A stretch of DNA of 24,040 bases from the IMG/VR virus record IMGVR_UViG_3300027373_000020, positions 1 to 24,040 of that record; one strand, 5' to 3'. Shown one piece after another: positions 16,809-23,565 of this stretch (positions are counted from its first letter, which is position 1; every line of letters begins with the position of its first letter). The stretch comes from a virus (lineage: Duplodnaviria; Caudoviricetes). Below the pieces are notes generated by a model. The model made no database searches, was not told where the DNA came from, and worked only from the letters and a program-made list of their open reading frames with translations. Made by a program: the position numbers and the translations under genes.

Positions 16809-17201
16809 TCATCCCTCAACCTCCTGCAGCCTACGTTCAACCTGCGCATTACTGAAAATATGCGAAATCGGATAAAAACGTTCGTTCTCGTCGTCCGGTT
16901 CTTCTCCCTTCTCAATCCGCTGGCTGTTCAAAGGTCTGCCCCACACAACAAAACCGTGCGAATCTTTAATAATACTGAAGCCCTCTTGCTTCCACTCGTT
17001 AAAAGTCCGGAATTCCGTATTTGTAGCATCCTTGTAAAATTTCTCTACGATAATAGAGTTCAAGGTCCTCGAGGCCCAGTACATGGCTTGGGCTTCATTT
17101 TTTGCTTCAAGGCTTTTACTTACAATTTCATCGCGTAGCGTTCTGGCTTGCGCTGTAAGTTCACAAAGCACTCTGCGTTTGGCTTTCGTCCTGTCGTTCA
17201 T
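16809..17201 (-). CDS. ArdC-like ssDNA-binding domain protein (N-terminal domain only)
   Basis: FRTFNEWKQEGFSIIKDSHGFVVW...FYPISHIFSNAQV matches the ArdC-N/DUF1738 pattern TFxQWxxxGxxVxKGxxxxxI...VFxxxQ; no metallopeptidase domain. Confidence 0.75.
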   Translation of the reverse strand: MNDRTKAKRRVLCELTAQARTLRDEIVSKSLEAKNEAQAMYWASRTLNSIIVEKFYKDATNTEFRTFNEWKQEGFSIIKDSHGFVVWGRPLNSQRIEKGEEPDDENERFYPISHIFSNAQVERRLQEVEG

Positions 17202-17668
17202 TGCTCAATCTCCTTTTGAAGTTCATCAACGCGGTCGGCAATCTTCACCAGGATAAACTGCATACACTCGGCAAGGATTAGCGGATTTGTAAGGCTGAAA
17301 ACTTTCTGCCCTTCACGGTCATAGTCACGATACTGCGAAACGGAAAGCCTGTACACTTTAGCCTCAAAATCACGGGCTCTAACTTTTTCGTTTACAAGGT
17401 TCAGGGCTTCTTCAATCTCCTTTTTGTTGAGCTTGAAGGATTCCAGTTCGGCAATTTTGCGTTGCTTCTCACGATAAAAACTGATAGCTTCATCAATACT
17501 TTTGTGCTGTTTTTCGCTCAACTGCTTTTCCAGTTCCGAAATGCGATCAACCAAAAGATTGAAGTTAACAGGTGCTTCCTGTTCGGTGGTGGTTACTTCG
17601 GGAGCTTCTAAAGCTTCAACCGCTTTTTGTTCTTCGGCATGGTCTGCCTTTTTGATTTTGTTATTCAT
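17198..17668 (-). CDS. Coiled-coil hypothetical protein coupled to the ArdC-like gene
   Basis: Charged helical protein, ATGA overlap with next gene; ATG 17668 preferred because GTG 17719 overlaps the -7 box. Confidence 0.7.
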   Translation of the reverse strand: MNNKIKKADHAEEQKAVEALEAPEVTTTEQEAPVNFNLLVDRISELEKQLSEKQHKSIDEAISFYREKQRKIAELESFKLNKKEIEEALNLVNEKVRARDFEAKVYRLSVSQYRDYDREGQKVFSLTNPLILAECMQFILVKIADRVDELQKEIEQ

Positions 17669-17718
17669 TAAAAATACTGCCGCATTTATACTGTTGCCGC
17701 CAGTTCTAAATTGTTTCA

Positions 17719-17726
17719 CAAAGATA
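17719..17726 (-). promoter_or_regulatory. Bacteroidota sigma-A -7 box (TATCTTTG)
   Basis: Perfect TAnnTTTG ~50 nt upstream of ATG 17668; no clear -33 box, but ATTAATCG is repeated twice at 17742-17760. Confidence 0.6.
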
Positions 17727-18041
17727 CGGTCTAACTGCTTGATTAATCGTATATTAATCGCTTGTATCCGTTTATCAACGAATAAAAAAAGTCATTTTTT
17801 TGCCCCTCTCAGGATGTTCCCTAAAATTCAGACCAGTTTTCAAGCCTGTCTAAGGATCTGTTTAGGTTCAAAGGGAAAAAATTCCCTTTGTCAGTCAGAA
17901 GACCCCGCACCGCTCTGAGAGTCTTTGTAATGACAAAATCAGGCTTTTTTGTGATATATGTAAGTTAATTAGAACGATTCTAAACAGGCCGCGCCGTGTG
18001 TGGGCTTGGTGTGAGTGCAAATTGTACCCGTGTAATTACAT

Positions 18042-18072
18042 AAAAAAAGCCCCTACCGATAGATAAGGGCTT
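18042..18072 (-). terminator. Intrinsic terminator of the antirepressor operon
   Basis: Minus strand AAGCCCTTATC-tatc-GGTAGGGGCTT then a T run; G-U pairs work only on the minus strand. Confidence 0.75.
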
Positions 18073-18100
18073 ATGTGCGTGGGGACGCTGGCGCAAAGGC

Positions 18101-18394
18101 CTAATTGTGCTTGTCGTGACCTCCTTTTTGATTGATTTCATACATAGCATCTATGAAAATGAAGATGAAATAGAATGATTCGCCTAGCTCACGTAATTGG
18201 GACAAGTCAAGGCCTAAATCATTCTCAGTGCGGCCAATGATTGAGTTCTGAATCATAAACAAACTACGTTTGATGTTGTCAAATTCCTGGGTTTGTTCAT
18301 ACAACTCTTTCATGCGCTTTACCAGTTGCACAAGATTATAGTCGATGGCAATGCCATCGACTATAATCGTGCTCTGTTGTTTGTTGTTACACAT
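18101..18394 (-). CDS. Hypothetical protein
   Basis: 97 aa, starts 2 nt after the antirepressor stop. Confidence 0.6.
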   Translation of the reverse strand: MCNNKQQSTIIVDGIAIDYNLVQLVKRMKELYEQTQEFDNIKRSLFMIQNSIIGRTENDLGLDLSQLRELGESFYFIFIFIDAMYEINQKGGHDKHN

Positions 18395-18396
18395 GG

Positions 18397-18906
18397 CTAT
18401 TCGAATTGAAGTTGTAGCTGTGCGTGTTGCTCAAGATAGTTATCGAAGGTAACAGCGAGCCTGCCTTTAAGTTCGTGTTCAGCTTCGGTAAGCTTGTCTT
18501 TGGCATGGCTGAATTCGATGCGGGCAGCATCGCGGATGGCAATTTGCTCTTCGATGCTTTTGTTGCGGTACTCAACATAGTTTTGATAACTCACCAATGA
18601 GTCCCACAAAAGGTCGTAAGCCTTTGTTTGGGCAATAAGCAGGCTGTCGCGGGCATCCTCGTGCACATTACGCACATCAATTTTGGCAAGCCACATAAAG
18701 GCATATTTGAAAGGCAAACATACCATTTCACGGTCTTTACCATCGGCACCAACTGTGGTGCTAAGCACCATAGTTGAACTCAGGATTTTGTCTGATTTCA
18801 GCTTTTCGTACTGGCTTTTAAAATCGATGCCAAGCATCTGACAAAGGGGTTTGATGGGGATCAGTTTCTGATCGCCTTGCTGGATGATCTGAAGTTGGTT
18901 TTTCAT
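18397..18906 (-). CDS. Phage antirepressor, P22_AR N-terminal domain
   Basis: IPIKPLCQMLGIDFKSQYEKLK...GADGKDREMVCLPFKYAFMWL is the P22 Ant N-terminal pattern; C-terminal coiled coil ending QLQLQFE. Confidence 0.85.
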   Translation of the reverse strand: MKNQLQIIQQGDQKLIPIKPLCQMLGIDFKSQYEKLKSDKILSSTMVLSTTVGADGKDREMVCLPFKYAFMWLAKIDVRNVHEDARDSLLIAQTKAYDLLWDSLVSYQNYVEYRNKSIEEQIAIRDAARIEFSHAKDKLTEAEHELKGRLAVTFDNYLEQHAQLQLQFE

Positions 18907-19061
18907 TGTAAGCCTCCTTCCTGCAATTTGATCCGGATGGCCCTGATTTGGCGCTTGGGCACGTGGGTAATGAACTCAAGAACCTGGTTAAGGTTCATTT
19001 TGTGAAAATGGGCAGGCTGCTCTTTTTTGCTAAGCCTGCGCCTTGCATGGGTTGTAAACAT
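18903..19061 (-). CDS. Small basic leader protein (Icd/Kil-position analogue)
   Basis: 52 aa from ATG 19061, ATGA-coupled to the antirepressor with AGGAGG upstream; the track's TTG start lies inside an RNA hairpin. Confidence 0.5.
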   Translation of the reverse strand: MFTTHARRRLSKKEQPAHFHKMNLNQVLEFITHVPKRQIRAIRIKLQEGGLQ

Positions 19062-19077
19062 GTGGAATTCCTCCAAT

Positions 19078-19203
19078 GGAAAAAACCCGACAGGTTTGCA
19101 ACGGCTCAAGTGAGCCGGCCGAACCCTCGCGAGATCGGCAACCTATCGGGTTTTCCCCTATTTGGTGAAATAATTTACAGAGCATTGATACTTGATTTTT
19201 GCA
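19078..19203 (-). ncRNA. C4/CI-like cloverleaf regulatory RNA or attenuator
   Basis: 15-bp closing stem 19082-19096/19140-19154 (one G-U pair, valid only on minus), two internal hairpins, upstream of an antirepressor operon. Confidence 0.6.
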
Positions 19204-19206
19204 CTG

Positions 19207-19236
19207 CAAATGTAATCACACTTTTAAAGAAATCAA
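19207..19236 (-). promoter_or_regulatory. Bacteroidota sigma-A promoter TTG-N19-TACATTTG
   Basis: Canonical -33/-7 elements with 19-nt spacer. Confidence 0.75.
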
Positions 19237-19248
19237 GTGGTCTATGTA

Positions 19249-19857
19249 TTATTTTTTAGGAAGACTATTTATCAGACTATTACGTGCCTTATTGGCACTA
19301 CTCATTGCGTTTTCATCTTCAAATGAAAATAAAGTAGAATGATTAAATCTACCATCATACCAGTCTATTGATAGATATGCATGGTTCTTTTTTTTATTCT
19401 TTTTCCAGGCTAAAGCAAATACCCCTACAAGTAATACTCTACCTAAAGTAATTTTTTTCTCAATTGTCGAAGAATCCTCAATTGATATATCTTTTATTTT
19501 ATCAAAAGGTATTTCTGCTTTAAAAGTAGGCATATCTGAAATAAAAGGCCGGTGATAAAGTTTTAATGAGCAGTCTTTTGGCAAAACATGGCATGAATTA
19601 AATCCGTCATTTAAAGACGGGTGACCAGCAATGTAAGTACCACAATCTATAAAATTGTTAAAATTGATACCTTTATTACTAAGCGATTTATTCGTTTTTT
19701 CTGTATTCCTAATGCTATTAACAAGAGATACTATAAATAAAACAAAAATAGCGACTAGTAACAGCCAAAACCAGTCAGCAATATGTGGTTCACCTTTATC
19801 ATCGAATGTGCATGATTGTAAGAGTAATAAAATAGTAGGAAAAATAATCTTTTTCAT
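19249..19857 (-). CDS. AT-rich membrane/lipoprotein moron
   Basis: MKKIIFPTILLLLQSC lipobox-like start, a TM helix, and ITLGRVLLVGVFALAWKK segment; low GC. Confidence 0.7.
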   Translation of the reverse strand: MKKIIFPTILLLLQSCTFDDKGEPHIADWFWLLLVAIFVLFIVSLVNSIRNTEKTNKSLSNKGINFNNFIDCGTYIAGHPSLNDGFNSCHVLPKDCSLKLYHRPFISDMPTFKAEIPFDKIKDISIEDSSTIEKKITLGRVLLVGVFALAWKKNKKKNHAYLSIDWYDGRFNHSTLFSFEDENAMSSANKARNSLINSLPKK

Positions 19858-19917
19858 AGGATGATTATTTTATTGGTTAATCCAGTAAAATTAAACTGAA
19901 TCCACGAAAGAACAATT

Positions 19918-21540
19918 CTAAATTGTGGTTGATGCCGAGCTGCCTGCAGGAGCTGCACCTGCGCTATCATTATCATGCAAAAACATGCCAATCATCAGGG
20001 TATCAAAAGCATCAGTGCCATCGGTACGGGTTTCGAGGCGGTCTTCTTCGGTTTCGGCAAGTTTTTCGCCCGACTTATCCTTTTGGAAACCAAGAGGACC
20101 AATTTTAACACCGGTGTTTTCAAGGCCAATCTTCAAAGCTTCATTATTAGGTTCGTTTATCATTGGCAATAGGTATCTCTGCCCTTTAAAGCCCTGGTCA
20201 ATGATGTTGTATTTTTCATGATGCTTTGGAGGTTGGCCAATGAATATTTTTGTCACCCGCCACCCACGTTTCTCAAACTGTGAGCAGATCACCGAGGCAA
20301 AGTCTTCGTCTGACACAGCATAATTCGACCCCAGGGCAGTGGTATCATAGAAATAGACCACTTCACGGGTGAGATGGATTCGGTAGTATTCACAAAAATC
20401 ATCAACCAATTCGCGCAGTTTGCGCTGGTATTTCACATAAAAGCTCTTGAGTACAAGCGCTTTTACGCCTGATCGTTGGCTACAAACAAGCCAGTTGATA
20501 TTGGCATTGTAGTCAAAGGCAACCCTGATCGGACGCGACAGGTCCACATCAGCATCCTGGGCGCAGCTTTCGGCCTGTGCTTTTTCAAAATCATAATCAA
20601 GGCCCTGCAGGTAGCTGTTGTCAAAAGCCTTGTAAAAATGATGATCGCGCAATGATGGGTAAAAGCCATCTTTGAGCTTGCCCGGGCGCAGGCAGAGGAT
20701 GGAAGTAGCAAATACCAAAGGCGGCAAATCGCGCTTCATCTGGGCGATGTATTTCTTACCGATGATCTGCACGTTTTCGATCGAACTTGCTTCGCGGTAA
20801 TAAACGGCCACACTGCGGAACTGAGCCAGTTTAAGACTGAGCTCACGGATCAGGCGTTGGTTCCATTCGGTTGGTGGGTTTTGCTTCAGCTCATAAATAC
20901 GCCAAACAAGCAGCTTAATCATATTGATCAGTTCAGGATCCATTTTCTCACGATAGTTTAAAAACCATGATCCTTTTTTACTTGTTGGCATATCAGAGGT
21001 GAACAACATACTGTTCAACCATGGTGAGTTTTTCCATGGGCCTTTGTAACCACCATTTGCCGGAAAAGTTTCGTCTTTGAGTTTTTCGAAATCTAAAAAT
21101 TTGGCCTCATCACCCAACAGGTACTGAAGGGTAAGTGAGTTGGATGATCCGGGAATATCCTGACTGATCAGGTACTGGATCGAGCCATTGTACCAGCTCA
21201 CCACATGGTCATAGCTTACAGGTTCAATCACCGGTTCCTTGAAACCTGCAGTTTTGGGCGGTTTACGGCCAATGAAATAGTGCAGGTTTCGTTTGAAGCC
21301 TTGATCAGCAAGCGCTTTTAAGGTTCCGGGAAGCGTGCGGGTAAGCAGTTGCTGAAAGGTTGAGCCCACAATACCACCACCGGAACCGGGCATGTGTTGC
21401 AGGTTGCGTAAAAGCCAGGGAGCATTAAGTCCATGACTTTTACCAATACGCCTGCCACCAACAAAAACGGTCGTATGAGCAGCAATATACCTGACCTCAA
21501 GTTGTGGCCGGTTGAAATATATCTTCTTCTTTTCGGTCAT
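19918..21540 (-). CDS. terL: Terminase large subunit
   Basis: Walker A GGRRIGKS, Walker B LLGDEAKF, RNase H-like nuclease VAFDYN...TDGTDAFDTL; ATG 21540 preferred over TTG 21570. Confidence 0.9.
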   Translation of the reverse strand: MTEKKKIYFNRPQLEVRYIAAHTTVFVGGRRIGKSHGLNAPWLLRNLQHMPGSGGGIVGSTFQQLLTRTLPGTLKALADQGFKRNLHYFIGRKPPKTAGFKEPVIEPVSYDHVVSWYNGSIQYLISQDIPGSSNSLTLQYLLGDEAKFLDFEKLKDETFPANGGYKGPWKNSPWLNSMLFTSDMPTSKKGSWFLNYREKMDPELINMIKLLVWRIYELKQNPPTEWNQRLIRELSLKLAQFRSVAVYYREASSIENVQIIGKKYIAQMKRDLPPLVFATSILCLRPGKLKDGFYPSLRDHHFYKAFDNSYLQGLDYDFEKAQAESCAQDADVDLSRPIRVAFDYNANINWLVCSQRSGVKALVLKSFYVKYQRKLRELVDDFCEYYRIHLTREVVYFYDTTALGSNYAVSDEDFASVICSQFEKRGWRVTKIFIGQPPKHHEKYNIIDQGFKGQRYLLPMINEPNNEALKIGLENTGVKIGPLGFQKDKSGEKLAETEEDRLETRTDGTDAFDTLMIGMFLHDNDSAGAAPAGSSASTTI

Positions 21541-22105
21541 CAGTTTCGGTTTGGTAGGATAATGAGTCAAGCTCTATTTCGCCAGCGTATTTTTCGAACA
21601 GACGTTTGATCTCTGCTTTTTCGTCTTGCAGAGGGGTAATGTCAAGCACCGAAGGGTCTGAAGTAGGTTCGATACCAGTGGGAATTATTTCATCCCATGG
21701 CATTTCTTCAGTATCTTCCTGATCAAGGCGGTTGAATTTTGCCAGTGCCGAGATAGCCATGATACGTTCTTTCAGTTTTCCTGCGTCTTTTGCCGCTTTG
21801 ATGGCATTTTTCAATTCCTCGTTAACGACGTATCGTATCCATTCTTTGCCGGCATTGCGAATGTTTGGTAGGATAATTTTGAGGTTCGAGATATCGCGAT
21901 AGGCTTGCGACTGGCTGATGCCAAACTGAAGCATCAGGTTGTCGCGAAGTGTCACATCAGAATAACTCGGATTTTCGAGCAGTATTGTAAAAGCAAACCT
22001 GTAGCGAAGCAACTGGTTTCTTTCAGTTTCGGTCATATCCGTTATTGAACCGATATCCGAAAACATCAGCTCATTAAACTTATCTAATTTTGATGGCCTA
22101 CTCAT
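21497..22105 (-). CDS. Putative terminase small subunit (HTH)
   Basis: FGISQSQAYRDI HTH plus AISALAKFNRLD oligomerisation-like helix; overlaps terL start. Confidence 0.55.
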   Translation of the reverse strand: MSRPSKLDKFNELMFSDIGSITDMTETERNQLLRYRFAFTILLENPSYSDVTLRDNLMLQFGISQSQAYRDISNLKIILPNIRNAGKEWIRYVVNEELKNAIKAAKDAGKLKERIMAISALAKFNRLDQEDTEEMPWDEIIPTGIEPTSDPSVLDITPLQDEKAEIKRLFEKYAGEIELDSLSYQTETDDRKEEDIFQPATT

Positions 22106-22361
22106 TTTGTGCTTGTTTTGAGATATAATTGTTTACCAGGCTTTCGGCAGCCGGCGAACCTTTTTTAGCAAACATGACGGTTTGCTTTCTCACTTCCAGG
22201 ATTGAATTAAGCTTACCTTTTAAATAAGCCTTTGCCCGGTCGCTCTTTCCAAACCGGACCTCTCGCCGAAACTCAGCTGCATCTATATTCGTCAGGATCG
22301 ATATTTCATCGATGGTAAGAAAAAGGCTTGCTAACTCTTCAATTTCTTTTAGCTGATCCAT
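22098..22361 (-). CDS. Small TerS-like HTH protein
   Basis: IEELASLFLTIDEISIL...AYLKG...AKKGSPAA resembles short TerS N-terminal domains. Confidence 0.5.
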   Translation of the reverse strand: MDQLKEIEELASLFLTIDEISILTNIDAAEFRREVRFGKSDRAKAYLKGKLNSILEVRKQTVMFAKKGSPAAESLVNNYISKQAQNE

Positions 22362-22822
22362 GGTGCAGCTTGTTCAATAGTTTGAGTGATTAAAGGACGG
22401 TAAAGCCCGATAACAGGGTGATTTTTAAGGATAATTCCAGATTCGAAGCGTTGATTGTTTGTAGCGTTGTTGCTCATCACTGCAAGCATCTCAAGGCGGC
22501 TGTCGCGCAGGTAAATAGTCTTGCTGTGATTATTTGTGAGCAACAGCCTGTCGGCATGTTCTGCCGCAAAGCAGATCATGGCCGGATTGCGGCTGGCAAT
22601 TGTAAAATCGAGTATTAGTGTGATTTGTTTAATCCTGTTGCGCGCATATACCAATCGACGGATAAAGGTTTCTGTAATGGCAAAAGAGCTGACGATCAGT
22701 TCATCAGCTCTTTCGATGGTATTCAGCATCAAATCAAACACATGATGCGATTGAACCACCTGGCTCAGATAGAAAGCCGTTTGGTCATTTGACCAGTAAA
22801 TTTGATTCTGGGGTAATAACAT
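22349..22822 (-). CDS. Phospholipase D-like (HKD) single-domain protein, putative nuclease
   Basis: NHSKTIYLRD...SNNATNNQRFE resembles HxK...(G)SxNxT...NxE; upstream LIVSSF and ITLILD strands fit the PLD fold. Confidence 0.65.
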   Translation of the reverse strand: MLLPQNQIYWSNDQTAFYLSQVVQSHHVFDLMLNTIERADELIVSSFAITETFIRRLVYARNRIKQITLILDFTIASRNPAMICFAAEHADRLLLTNNHSKTIYLRDSRLEMLAVMSNNATNNQRFESGIILKNHPVIGLYRPLITQTIEQAAPWIS

Positions 22823-23501
22823 TCAGTTCAATCAGTTTTTCACGGGTTTTTTCACTTACCGAAGCCTTTTGTTCAATAAGCAGATTGATGCGCTCGAGCA
22901 ACTTATCAAGTTTTTCAGGGTTGAAATTCTTGATTTCGCGACTGATATATGTTCTGGCGCTGTTCACCTGTTTCACCACATCCTGAGGAGGTTCCGTATC
23001 AGTAGTTTTGCCGGCAAGAAAAGCATCAATCTGGTCCCATCCATCAGCAATCAGATCATCAAGACCGATAAGCTCTGAACGAATATCCGCGCGTGCTTCA
23101 TCCGTTTCGGCGAGCTTCATTTTTTCGTGTACCACACGCTGGGTTTTGTAAGCATCAGCGATGCTGTCATAAACCTGTTGCAGATCTACCGGAAGGTCTT
23201 CACGGTTTACCTTACTGATTTTTTTCGAAAGGTCCTCCTTAGCATCATGATCATCAGAAGACAATGAGGTCTTTTTATTGATCACGCGATCAACAAAAGA
23301 TCTTGTGTTTTTCACCTGAATAACTGGCTTTAAGCTTGAAGAACAACTCAATTTCTCAAGCTCATACACAAGTTTATCCATATTTTGCTTACGGACAAGG
23401 TAAAGGATCAAGGCGCGGTTGCGCGAATATTTCTGAAAAAGTTGCAGCCCGGTAACGAAGTCTTTTTCTTCACCAGCGAGCCATTCTTTTATTTCCTGCA
23501 T
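22785..23501 (-). CDS. Conserved helical phage protein
   Basis: 238 aa, overlaps next gene; IKEWL...DF..GL.LF...N...KL.YEL.K pattern. Confidence 0.7.
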   Translation of the reverse strand: MQEIKEWLAGEEKDFVTGLQLFQKYSRNRALILYLVRKQNMDKLVYELEKLSCSSSLKPVIQVKNTRSFVDRVINKKTSLSSDDHDAKEDLSKKISKVNREDLPVDLQQVYDSIADAYKTQRVVHEKMKLAETDEARADIRSELIGLDDLIADGWDQIDAFLAGKTTDTEPPQDVVKQVNSARTYISREIKNFNPEKLDKLLERINLLIEQKASVSEKTREKLIELNVITPESNLLVK

Positions 23502-23514
23502 GGGTTAAAGTATT

Positions 23515-23547
23515 AAAAACCTGCCCGGGACGGACCGGACAGGTTTT
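23515..23547 (-). terminator. Intrinsic terminator after the tail gene
   Basis: Minus strand AAAACCTGTCCGG-tccgtc-CCGGGCAGGTTTTT. Confidence 0.75.
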
Positions 23548-23565
23548 GGTTTGAATAGTTGAAAA

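Noticed and set aside
22364-22399. Possible fourth late promoter (CGTCCTTT on minus)
   Set aside because: Inside a CDS, first base differs, and no -7-like box at the 23-nt spacing
6-23078. The plus-strand ORFs and nested minus-strand ORFs in the track (e.g. 10492-11004, 12355-12813, 17502-17918, 123-374)
   Set aside because: They shadow longer, motif-bearing minus-strand genes and show no recognisable features
6058-23516. Identical 12-mer TTAAAGTATTAA at 6058-6069 and 23505-23516 just upstream of start codons
   Set aside because: Only two copies and almost all A/T; adequately explained by AT-rich Bacteroidota translation initiation regions
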